This document shows, piece by piece, positions 24,692 to 38,117 of a DNA stretch of 64,000 nt (the stretch's first letter is position 1; every line of letters starts with the position of its first letter). Under the pieces are notes generated by a model. That model did no database searches and was not told where the DNA came from. It was given only the letters and a program-made list of their open reading frames with translations. Made by a program: the position numbers and the translations under genes. This DNA is from Balanoglossus misakiensis (Eukaryota > Animalia > Hemichordata): positions 2,906,699 through 2,970,698 of the forward strand of contig CM082581.2 of NCBI GenBank assembly GCA_040954595.2, read 5' to 3'.

Positions 24692-25358
24692 CGAATTCCG
24701 TGGTATATGATACAGGAAATTTAATGTCACTGAAGGAAAGTGACTTCTGTGAATATGTTCAACATTCAAGAGAAACATGGGGCCCTGGGGACACCAAAAT
24801 TCTTTGTACAAATATGCTGACGATATCATAATGGCCGTCGACTGTTGTGCACTGTAAAGTTAAATTCAGATTCACAGTCAAGTCATACGTGACTGAACTA
24901 TAAAAACGATCTACGTAATGCATTGACCCTTAGAAAGTGGTGTAATATTGATGTAAAATAATAATATTGATATAATATTAGTGTGATGCAATTATATGTA
25001 ACTTTACAAAGTAATGCAGTATTTTAAAAAAGAAAGCAGGATTTTGAATAAACAAATACACAGTTTTGGAGGTGCTACACGGAAGATGTTTTTTTTTTGC
25101 CTAGGGGTCCACTGCCATAGATTAACATGGTACTGTATTGAAGGAAGTGTGAAAGCTATAATCAGATTCTTCATGGCACCGTACTTCCCAGGATACACCC
25201 CTGAAAATCTATTATCAGTGTTATACAATATACTATGACCCTCACACAGTGAAGGAATTTTTGGCCATTAAAGCCCCTATAGCTGCCAAATTTCACATAT
25301 TTTTCCACAGTAATATACTTCAAATATATTCCCTATCCTCTAAAATACTCACCATTAA

Positions 25359-26153
25359 GATGGGTCCCTAGGATCTTTTTGCCCGTTGCTATGGGCCTTT
25401 ATAGGACATTACACCCCGATTTGGACTAAGCCGTTTTCAGAGTCTAACAAGGGGCTGGTAACTAGTTAAAAATACGCACGATTGTGAGCGCGCGCCCCCT
25501 GACGCCATTGATATGCAAATTAGTTAGGTCAAATTTCAAAAGCCTAAGGCTTTTTATTCCGTGACCTCAAAAACGAACTTGATACGTATTCATTAGTTGC
25601 TTGAACCAGGGAAGATCGTGACGGATTTTGTTTTCGAATATTATCGTTGTATCCTACGATTTCAGCATACCCGTACCACACCTGAAAAAGTCATCGATTT
25701 TGGGTGTTTTTGGACGCACTCTTCCACTGGTATCGCTTCTTAGCACGACGAAAACCGAAAAAACGATCCGTCACACTATGCGGAAGTGCGTTCTCAACAA
25801 GCAGGTCAAATTTGGCTGGCCTACGTCGCCTGTGAAAAAAGCCTTAGGGATTTTCGTGAACGGTACAAAATCTCTGTGTACAAAACATTGGATTTTTAGC
25901 GTTCGATCCAGTTACTGTGGTTACAGGACGCGCACGCTATCGCTGACCGCTGCTTTGCCGTATTAGCGTGGCGGCCTATGGCCGGGCGGTAGCTGCCGTA
26001 AACATACTCAGACAGGGGGTGTGCACACAATCGTGCGTATTTTTAACTAGTTACAAGCCCCTTGTCGGACGTTCATAACGGTTTCGATCAAAATTGAGTG
26101 TAGTGTCCTATAAAGGCCCATAGCAACGAGCAAAAAGATCCTAGGGACCCATC
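25359..26153. mobile_element. TTAA-flanked ~800-bp MITE (Kolobok-like), copy 1
   Basis: ttaa|GATGGGTCCCTAGGATCTTTTTGC ... GCAAAAAGATCCTAGGGACCCATC|ttaa with long imperfect TIRs; a second copy lies at 52040-52813. Confidence 0.85.
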
Positions 26154-27578
26154 TTAAGCCATATTACATGTTATTGCATCAGTTCACATCTCTTGGTGAC
26201 ACATACCACGATAGCCAAGTACTGTTTGTATGGAGGCTGATTAAATTGGTGTGGCACCGTTTTAATACATAGCACTTTCAAATCGCTACATACAGCCACA
26301 ATTTGGTTTGATAAGGTGTTGATGTATTCTTATCAGTAAGCTTATTTAGATGGACCGATTAAAGTTGGAAAATAAAATAAAATAATGAAAATAATTCAAA
26401 AAGTGGCAGCTCTTATTGAATGTTAATGTGTTTATACTTGATTTGATATCAAAAGATTAATTACCAGCTATTGATTCTGCAGCTGCTCTTACGGCTGGTC
26501 ACATGCCAGTAACTGGCATATTTATTACAATTCTTCTATAGAAAGATAATATTGAATATAAATTCATCAGTTTATAAGTTCTCTGATATCATGAAAAGCT
26601 TCATTTTTTTCATATTGTAAGTTTGCATAGTAGTGTCATACCTGGATTAGCAGTTGCATTCATGTGTACATAGAAGGTAATATTTGGCAATTTTTTGTTC
26701 AGCAAATGTTCATATTTGCAAACTTCACCTTCACATTGAATGTTGGATCTGTGGGAGGTGTTACCACTTTAAGCTTGTGTTTTGATAGTATTTCTGTCAC
26801 TGATATACCATTGGGATTTTGAAATCTTACCAATGTTGATGAAATCAAGACCTAATTAGTATATGTTGACCGTTAAGTGTTTTCTGTTGCATCATCAGTA
26901 GAAATGAGTTCCCATTATGGAATTGGAAATGAATTAAATTACTGAATATCTGTTTTAGATCTGGAACTGAGTATCAGATATCTGATTTTAATCTTGAAAA
27001 TGTTTCCCAATTATAAAATGTCCATCTCACAGTACAGTACATAATACTCATCGTATATTGTTCACTTGCTGGAATGAAAGTTTGAATGTGTTAGCTATTT
27101 CATGTTTTGCATTCATCAGAAATCAGGATTGTCATTGTGAAGTACCAAGGAGTCTGTGTTAGAAATGTTGTCTCTAAGGCGACCATTTTAACAGTTTTGA
27201 CTGCAGTGTTCATATCAAACAATTTGCATCAAAATAATTTGATATTAAATAAAATCTTAATTTTCACCAGTGTCTGACATTCAATATGGCTGCCAAATAT
27301 TCTGTTTATTTCAGAAAACTAATATTTTGATTTCACCCCATCCCTTTTAGTTTTCTATATGATTTTATTAATGAAGGATTTAACAATTTTTTTTGAGACA
27401 TGAATTGAAATCTATCAAAATGGATTCTGCAAATATTGTGTATTTTTACATAATCTATTTAAAAGCCTTCACTTACTGACATAGTGTGTGTACTTTTTTT
27501 ATATACACTAACGGAATGATAAAGTGTGGTTTCTCGTCTTGAAGTCGCTCTCGGTAATCCCGACGTACGAGTCCGAGG

Positions 27579-27670
27579 TCCGTCAAGCAGGCATTTGTCT
27601 TTTTGTTGGCAGTTGCAGGTTTTGGTGTTGCTGGTCTCAGTCACGTCGTTGTTGCTTTGCGACTTAAACC
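27579..27670 (-). mobile_element. Short Penelope-like element fragment (Cys linker before the GIY-YIG domain)
   Basis: Minus-strand peptide TKTCNCQQKDKCLLDG resembles the CNCxxxxxCPLxG motif of Penelope-like elements; very short. Confidence 0.4.
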
Positions 27671-29252
27671 TGCATTTGTCGACAAAAAGGCAAATGCCCA
27701 CTCGACCTGTCTCTCTTTCTGTGTCAGGGTCAGTACTTTACCAAGACGCTAGACCCTTCCATAACCCCTTTTAAAACAACTGCCAGCGTAATACAACTTA
27801 AACCTAAATTCAGCTCCTTTCAGCTAAAAAATGGGTTATAGAAAGTTGTTTTGTAAGAACAAGCTTACAACTATTGGAGTCAACACAATGATCTTAACAA
27901 AGTTTATAAAGTGGGAGTATACACGACCACACTCCCTTGGTTGTCGTCTTCCACATTTGAAAACAAATACCCAACTGCTCTCTTGTGTACAATTTATTCC
28001 ATAGTCACCTGTACACTGTTTGGGCCAGCGTTGCTGACAATCACATATTATTATAACCTTTATTTTGCTGCACAAAGAACTACCCATATAATCAATCTTA
28101 TTCTATATTTATGTGATATACAGTTATGTGTTTGTTGTGTCGCTTGCTTGTCTGCTTCCATAGTTACATGTGTATTGTGTATACCCACGACCCTATCAAG
28201 TTTTCTACCATTTGAGCCATCGACATCGCAGCAAGAGGATCCTACCAGTACACCCCTCCTCATTTCAGCCAGTTTATCTCAACATAATGAAGTTTATTCT
28301 CCTTTCTTGCCCTCTGTTCGTGAATTTAAGGCAAGGTAGGTAGTTTGCCTTCTGTATGATTCTACACGAAACATGCTTTTGAGATGTATCGATATATGGG
28401 TTCTAGAGATCCGTGGCTACCTGTGGCCAAGTGAAGTTCCAAACTATACTGAGACAAAACGAATTCGCATTTTAACGTTCTTTTGAATCGCAAACCACTA
28501 TAAGGCAACAGAGTCTCAATAATCTGCCGATAGATGTTTTACCGGAAAGTTACGGAGGTAACTATAAGCACTTGCTACATTGCTACATATTGTGATCATC
28601 TTGATATCGAAGGAAAGCGTAACCATTGGAGACCAATGGATTGATTGATTCATTGATTGATTTGAGACCCTGTTCGTAATTCTTATTTTAAAAACCGAAT
28701 TGCGCACTTCGATATCAGCACCATGATCCCAAACCTCTCGAGTTACTTGATTGTTTTAAAGTGATTGCTTTATAGCGGTTTGTTAGTGCTTTTATAGCTG
28801 TGCGTGTTGCAAACAAACGCGAATTTGTTGGTGTCGAAGTAGATGCAAATTTCACTTGACCGCATGGAGGTAGCCACGGAACGTTCCATGCGTGACGGTA
28901 CGGCTGCCATGACTTTCGCAGACACAGCAACAGAAACAACAGAAAATTACGCCTCGTACATTGTTCTCCAAGTTTGTTTGGCATTCGTACATGTAAACCA
29001 TCATTAGCTGTATCTTTTTGTGTCTTTGGATACAATGTTGAAATCTAATACGGTGTATAAAAAACTTCTAATCGTAAACATTTTTTTGTAATCACCTGCA
29101 GTCACTTCGCTGTACCCTGGACAACGTGGTCCATATTATATTGCGAATGACAACTCAGAGTGCCAGGAAGAACATACCTGCGATGATAATGAGTTAGAAG
29201 CTGGGGCGTCATTCGACACTTGCCAGACAATCACATCATATGATGGTAAGAG

Positions 29253-29255
<3 letters not shown>

Positions 29256-29326
<71 letters not shown>
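29256..29326. repeat. (TC)n microsatellite
   Basis: Direct observation. Confidence 0.95.
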
Positions 29327-29328
<2 letters not shown>

Positions 29329-30215
29329 GCCACTGACAATGAAAGAGATATGGTCAGAGGTATGAAAATCATAATGTATAGCAATATGAAACTGAATAGT
29401 AGAAGACAGTGAAAGGGAAGATGTTCATCATAAAAAATGCTACGGGAATCCTAACAAGCATGATTACACTGATTGTTTGGCATATAAAGACATCGGGCTC
29501 CAGTATCACTGCAACACGGAATACACTGATTGGTATTGTATACAGTGTTGCCAAGGTGATCTCTGCCACCAGAGTGGTGTTGCTGTATTGATCGCCAACA
29601 TTCTTACCATCGTGACCGGCGCTACTATGGCCGCCTTTTGGGTCAAATAGATTTCGGGATGAGAATTTTGCCACTGTTCTACAAATTGTATAATGATTTA
29701 TATACCAAACGTTGAATGGAATGTATTCAAGCTCTGCTCCATCTAAAGGTGTTTACTTGTCATTTTGTTTTCAGTTTTCGCTTAGTCATTTTGTGACTAA
29801 AGGGAGTAGATGTGATCACCAAAAAATGTCTGTTTAAATGAATAAATGGTTTTAATGCACGGTTGCGTGACCTGTAAATTTTCTATTTGTGAGTTCGTAA
29901 ATTAGACTTACCCCAAATCGCATACATTTTATCAACACATTCTAAAAAACAGCCATAAAATACACAGGCTCGCCAGACAATACCAGTTGCAGAGCTGTGG
30001 ACAATTCACTTGCAAGTCAGAGGTCAAAATAACTTAAAAGCTATTAATATTAATAATAGCATTCTAACTATATAAAATTGGATGACTTCGTCACCTACGA
30101 ACATATTAAACATTAAACACAACATTTCTTACTAATGGCTACACATAATTAAAGCTGCAAGCAGCATTGAAGGGACCCAAGCAAATAGAGGTAATCATTG
30201 CATCAAATGTCAATG

Positions 30216-31168
30216 TAGACTCTCTCACAGCCCACGGTTCGCTGCAAGGCTCTTAACTAACGCGGTATTGGTGTTGTGTAGCTAGCTTTAGGGCTGTTAA
30301 CACTTATTATTTTGAATATATTTTCGATTTTTCTGATTGGCTAAGCGTCTGAGAACAATGGGCAAGATTCCTGCCCGATGTGATGGAAGGAGTTTCCTGG
30401 ATACCGAGATTGACAAATCTGCTCTAACCAGTATGGGTAAACATGATACCAGCTGTATACTAATTAAAATCCCCTCGGGACAAATGACGTCTCCTTATTA
30501 TCCAAACAACATAACTTTCTTACCAGATAAAAGACAGTGGTGGGTTTAGACTAGATAAAGACACCTACGTAAGTTTTATTCACGAAATGTAAAAGAATAA
30601 AACAACATTGTGAGGTTTAGTCTACCATGGCCATGTAGACAGGATGAACCCCAATGAAACCAACCGATTCTTAAGTTCACTGTACGGTACAAAGTGCTAC
30701 CAGGTTATGTCCAAACTTAATCACAAGCAGCAGATTTATATGGCAAAATTAGACAGGTTATGCCAAACTTGGTCTCTTAAACTGCCGATTTTACATTGAT
30801 TTTTTTGCAAATTCTTTTGAATCTGCTGTAAGCTAAACATTGTGGAGTGAAAGAGATCGTTTACAAGTTTTTACAGCAATAGATTGCATTGTTATGTAAT
30901 GTAAGTGAAACTAGTATCTGGTTAACCATGGGGAGTCTGCAATCATAGACAGTAGAAATGCTTTGGATCTTGTAAACATAAATGTCAATCTCAAGAGCAT
31001 GGACCAATGGCAGAGAAAATGCATAATCCAGGGCGGGATTTGGATTAGCCAATCGAAAAATCGAAAATAAAATAGAGAAAAATAGTGTTAACAGCCCCTC
31101 TTGCTGGGCACACATGCAATCGGTCCATAAGCCTGCATGGACGACGAGAGGGGCTGTGAGAAAGTCTA
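30216..31168. mobile_element. 9-bp-TSD MITE carrying a nested ~810-bp TIR element (30290-31098)
   Basis: Outer TIR tagactctctcacagccc / gggctgtgagaaagtcta with TSD atgtcaatg; inner TIR gggctgttaacact / agtgttaacagccc. Confidence 0.75.
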
Positions 31169-32947
31169 ATGTCAATGCTGTAACTGCTGTGAATGCTGAG
31201 ATAATTAATGAGTTAAGCAGGTGTCACGACAAAAGATTTTTTCGTGATAGTAGTAGTAGAAAGGTTTGCATTTTACGTCGATTTGATCAACTCATGTTTT
31301 TTTTACAAACATTACCTCGAAAAGTGAGTAGTCAATTGCACATCTACGATCTCGTGAACACACATTCCAGTTTACAGAACGCAGATAAGGGTGGCAGGGC
31401 AATTACAGAATCAACGCGGATGGAGGCCTGGTTTACAAACTTACACAGGTTACAGACTATCTCGACAATATTTCCAATATGCAGCTCTGGCAAACGCAAC
31501 CCCTCACACCGTCACAGTTACATAAAAGCTGCGTTTCCAGAGCTACACAGGACCATGTGTGCCTATGAGTGGCGTGCATGGACAAGCTTTTAATTTAATT
31601 AAAGCCAACTACATCGCGAGATCTCACACGATCAAAATTTGAGGGCCTAAAACCATCTATCATATGATTCTAGTATTTGATTTATCTTTTTGACAGCTTC
31701 GTTGGATCTGTCAAAACTTCCAAAAGAATCAAAGTTCTCTACTGTCCTTCGCCAATGTCCAAAATATAGGACCTAGGCCTGAGCTTTGGGCAATAGGCCT
31801 AAGCGACATTTCTTCGCACAACCTCTGTGCAGTGCGTCGTCGATACTAAAATCTGGATGCAAATATTTTTTTCAAAGGAGAAAATCAGGGTCACACACTC
31901 TATTTATTTTCTATTTATTTTTCATTAATGCTGGAATGGATTTCGACTTACTGAGAGTTTTTACTGGAAAGACCTGCGCGCGTTTCTAGGAGACTCAGTT
32001 AGCTCATCCCAGTTGAACATTGTCTAGCCGAGCTGTGTTTCATTCGGGTAGGGAGATCGCCCCGCGAAAACATTTATACCCAGACCTAACCAAACCGTGC
32101 GGTTCGGGTACCTATGCCCCAAATTCACCCATCATAAGTGAACGGCAGGTGTACGTGCAGGAGATAACGCGCCCCTGGGTGACCAACAACAAAGATGGAT
32201 TGCGCGCGGCATACAAAAGTCTACATTCAACCATGCAATGCCCTCGGGAAAACAAGACTGTTTTAGTTGTGACTAGCAGCTCCCTCGGTCATCAAAATAC
32301 ACTGTTGCCCTCATTGTTAGTCATCATGTGTATAATGACATATGACAGAATTTACTGTCCTTCTGCTGTCAATGAAAAGCCCGGTCATAGAGATGAACGA
32401 TCAGCCACATGTGTTTTTGTCCCCTGACATAATATTATGAGGCCAGAGCCTGTTCAACAATGGTGGTACAAATCCATTGCAGCATGTGTTTGTGACGTGC
32501 CGTGTTGAGAGAATAAATGACTCGCGACTATAGTTTTTGTTGAACATTGGCGTTAACCTGTAACGGTGCACCACCGTCATTGTTGCGCGTGATCTCACTT
32601 TGGTATGAAAAAATTATCGATCTTTTCCCCGTTCGTTCACTGGTGCAATACAACGGCTGTTTCTTCAAAGCTTTAGAGGCCTATTTGCTGTGACTTTGGA
32701 CTGTTTTTGCAGTATTTCTTCCCTTTGCATCGACTGCACTTTCTTATCGGAAGCCTCAATACACGACGAAACGCTCAACAGTTTCAGTTTACATCCTCTA
32801 CGTGCATGCAGAGTCAGCACTCTTATTGATGAAATTCAATTCAAGTCCGGACTATTATTAACTTGTACACAGTGTAACCGCAAAACATTCACTTTGTCCT
32901 TCATTGTCACTCTTCTTTTTCATGATATCCAGGACATTGATAGGAGG

Positions 32948-35900
32948 ATGATAATACTGGCATTAGTCAGCCTATCACTCCTGGTGTCTCCATCATTTAC
33001 ACAGGAGCCAGGTAAGGCAGTATTCTCAATTTTTATTTTTATTTTGAATCGTGTGTTTATTTTTTACGTGAATATTTCCTTTATGGACACTTGATATTCA
33101 AAAATTCGCTCAAGCCTAGTAATTAAACACAAACACGTCCTACAAACAGTCTTACCAATTCGTTCTGCTTTCTGACAACGGAAATAGGCAAAGTTTGAAT
33201 TGCTTTGTATAATAAGTGGATTTTATAGGAGACAATGACGTCATTGAACAACGTCTAGCCGATCCCATTTGCAATTTATTCTGTTCGAACTCGAAGATTT
33301 CACGAGAAAAAGGGAACACAAAATTCAAACGGTCGTTCCTAAATACACAGGATCGTGCCTTGAAAATCCTTGTTTTTATGGAGCGACTTGCACCGACAAC
33401 GCCGATGGTGGATTCACGTGTACGTGCCGAGAGGGATACACCGGTGAGAGATGCGGGACTCCAATCGACGGTGAGTTGATAGATATAGGCACTTTGGCCG
33501 GACAAACGCATATTGATGACCGCAACAGTTACTGAACACGACGTTTATCTTAAAATAAATGTTTTTTTTTAATGTTTTGGTTAACAGTTTTCTATTAAAC
33601 AATGTTCTGAAATTATATGCACACATAACATAAAACACACATGTTTTTCAAGCATACAATATGTCAGAATAACACACATTTTCATTGCTGTGTATTGTAC
33701 AGTTGTCTCCACCATGTTATTTATTCATTTTTGGTCACTTACATCATCACTGACGTGTCTCGACTCTTTTGAAATGACCTCGAATTTTCCATTCCCCCCC
33801 CCAACACACACACCTGACTATTCATAAAAATGAAGATGTTTACAATGGCCTTCCCTTTTTCCCCAAGATCAGTTTCCCGTAAGAAGTAGTTGCTAATAGT
33901 TGATTTCAAATAATTTCCAAAAGATCCTGCAACATGTACCTACGAGGGAACATCGTATAAAGAAGGCATGACGAGGCCACAGTACTGCAATACTTGGTAA
34001 GAGACAGAGGGGGATAGAGAGAGAGGGGGAGAGGGATAGAGAGAGAGGGGGGAGAGGGAGAGAGAGAGGGAGAGATAAGATATCGCCGTTGTCAAAACCC
34101 TTTTCTAAGCCAGCTAGTATTTATAACTATAACGCCACATCAGTTTCATCGACTTAATCACATGCTGGTAAATTTTAAAATGGGAAACTATCATTCATAA
34201 TCGTAGTCCAAGTAACCATCTGGTTTCGACAAGCTAATTAGTTTTTGATGAAATTTTACTCTGACTTCTAGCACATGTTCCAATGGTCAGTGGTTATGTA
34301 CGGAAATGGCATGTTGTAAGTATTGGACTTTTGTCACAATCATTTACCTACATGTTCAAACGTTTCTTCCATAACGTCATATGACTGCCTTGCGGTTAGG
34401 CAGAGTCTTCACATTGAACAGAATACAGTGTTGAAGTAAAAATTGAGATGGCACATTATTCTTCCTATTGCAGTGACATTTTCAGTGTTTAGCGACATCA
34501 TTCTCGAAAAGAAAGAAACAAAGGCAAAATGCAGTTTGATACACGTTAAATGACTCCATAGTGAAAAAAAAGAATATATCAAATTCCAGATGTTTAATAT
34601 TTTTTCAAAGGGAAACTGAAGAGTCACCCCTGACAAAGTTAGAAAATACAATTCGAGATTCCCAATCCGAAAAAATATGAATTTCAAAATCTAAAAAAGT
34701 AGAAGTGGCGAATAAGAGGAACAATTTTAAGTTTATCTGACCTGATGATTTTCTTGGTAAATTTTATTTTCAAGTGACACCAATGTGTCAATTGTTATTC
34801 AATAGACAATGCTCAACTGATGAACAAGGTGGAATGGATACATGTCAGTCTGATGGCGATTGCATGATTGGAAATAAGTGTTGCACGGACGTGGTTGTTA
34901 CAAGCAGTGTGTTACACCAGTGTACGAGGGTAAGAATGGGCCGTCTTTGATACTACACTAATTTTAGGGAAACAAAACTCAAGAAAACCGACTGTACTGT
35001 GAAACGCTCACATTTCCACGGACGATACGCGTGGACATTAAAAACAATCTGTGACATCCACCAGTGAGTTTCGGTGCATAACACGGAGATGGATACTTGA
35101 ACATGTATGTTACCGTTATAATACACTGTTCAGTTTGGCATGTTCTGTCGCCATTTTGTTTCGTATTCTCGACAGCCAATGGCTTAACAGGCAACGGTTT
35201 GTTTGTCTTCTATAGGTTCGGCGTGCCGGTACAATCCCTGTCAGAATGAAGCGGAATGCGTCATAGCAATTTCGGAATCTCAAATTGCAAACTATCAGTG
35301 TCTCTGTTGTCACGTATTTGTTGGAGTGCATTGTGGTGATAATTGTAAGTTTTTATAGAGTTATGACAGAACGGGAAAAGGAGGGGAAGGGGGCATATGA
35401 GGTAAGAGAGAGAATGGGGGGGGGGGTTGAGGAAGTTAGAGAGAGAGGACAAAAATAAATAAATGTTCTATTTAGAGGTGACGATAGTATTTTAAGCCTT
35501 TAATTTCACCTTTTCTGTTGTTTTTCTGCATTTTGTGAACCCAATACTTATATGAATGGCGGAACTTGTTTCCCACCTCAAGATCCTTCAGGACCTTTGG
35601 TGTACTGTAGTTGTCCCCATGGTTATAGTGGCATATCTTGCGAAGACGTGATCGGTAAGATGGCCACGGTTATGATATCTGCTGTTCCTTGAAAAAGTAT
35701 TGCAACGATTGGAGATTTTCTGGTGGATTATGCAATAATTATCTTGCGTATTAACAAAATATCAGGACTGCTTGTACTCTCATATGCGTAAGAGCCCGAA
35801 AGAATACGGGATATTTTGAATAATTTGTATAGTTAGCCTACAATGTTTTTGTTTCATTATAGAAGACTATTTTCTGTTTCTTTTTCAGGTCAGTGTATGT

Positions 35901-36749
35901 TCAACCCATGTCAAAATAATGGAACCTGTGTGATGTTATCCACCGGATCATACTACTGTACGTGTCCCTCGGGATTTGCTGGGACATGGTGTGAACTTTA
36001 TTCAGGTAAGAATACTTTCATCAACCATATCCGAGAAAGAACGCGTGCAAATCTAGCCCTTTTTTTCAAGGTATACGATCACCTATATATCACCTATATA
36101 TAAATATAGCTATAGTTACCATGGACAATTGAGATCTAGCCAGTCACAGATTTTCTGTGGGTGGCACACGCGAAAAAAAGAGCGCCACCATATGTTCTTT
36201 AGAACACTTAAATCTTAAATATGCCATTTCTGCTACATGTATGCATGGGTGTACTGTATGTAGCTTGGAGGTGACCGTATACCTTTAAATGGCGCCACAT
36301 GCCACGTCACGTGGCACAGGGCGATGGTTCACACATTTGCCAGTGTCCAAATGGGTATTACGGGGAGATCTGCCAACATTTCTCTGGTAGGTGAAAGCCC
36401 GCACATTGTGCAATACATATATTTCGCCCCCTTCAAAACGTTTCATCCAAACATAATGCAGGTGCATATTCACGAATACGACTTTTCCAATCGTCACCCG
36501 TCATATGCATCAGTACAATGAAGACTGCAAATAAACCAAGAGCGTGAACTGTTTCAAGCGCCAAACAACAAGTTGTCGTCTGCCTTAGCTGTGTATGATC
36601 TAACAATACCACTTGTCAATTTAGACTGTCTTCCCATCCCTTGCATGAACGGTGGGACCTGCTCGTGGTCAACAACGGGAATGATCCTCTGTGCCTGCAG
36701 ATCTGGATTTACCGGCGAGAGATGTGAAACTCGTAAGCCAAACGTCTAA
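32948..36749 (+). CDS. Secreted mosaic Cys-rich protein: signal peptide, EGF, VWC/pacifastin-like module, WAP domain, four EGF repeats (two exons damaged; possibly pseudogenising)
   Basis: Exons 32948-33011 (MIILALVSLSLLVSPSFTQEP), 33351-33470 (EGF), 33924-33996 plus 34272-34315 (CTYEGTSYKEG..CNTCTCSNGQWLCTEMAC), 34775-34929 (8-Cys WAP, frameshift near 34891), 35216-35344 (EGF), 35532-35654 (EGF, acceptor reads CAT, Cys2 is Tyr), 35889-36005 (EGF), 36625-36732 (EGF; read-through TAA at 36747-36749). Modules are bounded by phase-1 introns. The true 3' end is uncertain. Confidence 0.75.
36069..36284. mobile_element. Second copy of the small Kolobok-like MITE seen at 3959-4149
   Basis: aggtatacgatcacct ... 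aggtgaccgtatacct|ttaa, with the shared internal sequence gctatagttacc..gagatctagcc..aaagagcgccaccatatgttc. Confidence 0.7.
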
Positions 36750-37597
36750 TAATCATATGAAAATGAAAATCCCTAGCAACCGCCGTCGGTGACAGTAGGC
36801 GTATACAGGTTACTCCTTGTCCGTTGAGCATTTACTGCCAGAATGTTTATCTGCGACAGTACCAGTAGGATAGATCAATACCAGCTCTGGGTGCCGAGAT
36901 ATAGGAAAGTAGGTCAAAGGTAGGTAACCCAAAATTTGGGCAAAAATGTTTGACCCCATCCTGGTCCATGTCCACAAGAACAAAACCTCTAGCCCCATAA
37001 GTTAGCCTTGAATTAGGCATGCACATAATTAATGAGTTAAGCAGGTGTTACAGGTAAGTCCAAAATTTTGCCTTTTATTTTGGTTCCATTGTGCTCACTG
37101 GCCAATAGACAGTCACTGTACAGGACCATTCCACAGACCAGAATTCCACAATAAAATGTGGACATAGCTTAACTATAGAGGTATAAGTAAAGGTATAAAT
37201 TTAATTTAAAACAAATAATATAAAAAAATCCGTCGATTGTTCGTATTATTTTTTTGCTTAAAATGATTGACAAATGCTAGGCTAGCTGCATACCAAAATT
37301 GGAGTTGATGGGCCAAACATATTTTGAGATATGTTGCTATATTTAGCCAAAATAATAGGTGGTCATAGCTAAGCTATAGAAAGTATAGGTCCATGGCTTG
37401 GTGGAAAAATATGAAAAATAATACTTAAAAATCTTCTTCTCAAGCACGGTGCTTCTCCCTTGCCAAATGGTTGAGGGCGCGTCAGTGAAGAGCCTTGTTG
37501 TAGCGAACGGTGGGCTGTGAGAGAGTCTATTCGTAAGCGTGCCGAGGAACGGTTAAGTCAGAAGTCAAATACACACAGTGCAGATAGTGAATGTCCA

Positions 37598-37800
37598 GAT
37601 GATGATAAAGACAAGTATTCTGGCATGGAGAAGATTATGAGAAAGGCAGATACCATAATGGAAAATTAGAATACTTTATATAAGGACGTGGTTACGATGC
37701 TAAACATAATACTTGGGATCCAGTTGAAAATCTTAACAAAGCGGCCTTGAAAAGTTTCAAGTCCGAACCTGTACCGATACCAGCAACGCCGACTCGTAAA
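37598..37800 (+). pseudogene. Degenerate chromodomain, as found at the C-terminus of Gypsy-type integrases
   Basis: DDDKDKYSGMEKIM/(frameshift)KGRYHNGKLEYFI*GRGYDAKHNTWDPVENLNKAALKSF fits the chromodomain pattern EKIxxxR..GK.EYxIKWxGY...NTWEPxENL; intronless; one frameshift and one stop. Confidence 0.75.
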
Positions 37801-38117
37801 ATTTGGCAGTTAAAAAACAATTATACATTTGTATGTGAGAAAGAAAACAATGAAAATACGTCACAGTCGTTAAAGTTGATTTCAACATCATTCTCGTTTT
37901 TCTTGAGATTACTCCTATATAGCGTGATCCTCATCTTGGATAGTCGTGATAGCGCGTATCTATTGCACCCCTTTTCTCTTACGTCAGTCTAGTGTCCATG
38001 CCCTTTCACTGATTAGAATCGCGTGAAGGTTAATAAATCCCTGGGAAAAGTAAATCGTACTATATTGAAAATTTACATTGTTTAGTGTGTAAGGGTTCGC
38101 GATTAGACCTAGTTAGT

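Noticed and set aside
23406-24724. Cluster of short ORFs including paired MSRSEGNYEL peptides
   Set aside because: They lie in the arms and spacer of an inverted-repeat element; no transposase motif is recognisable.
27911-28339. 142-aa hydrophobic ORF faintly like a GPCR TM5 region
   Set aside because: GTG start, no DRY/NPxxY motifs and no convincing splice structure; an HMM search would be needed.
29369-29674. Hydrophobic minus-strand ORF with weak TM2/TM3-like pattern
   Set aside because: Similarity too weak to call by eye; no supporting exons.
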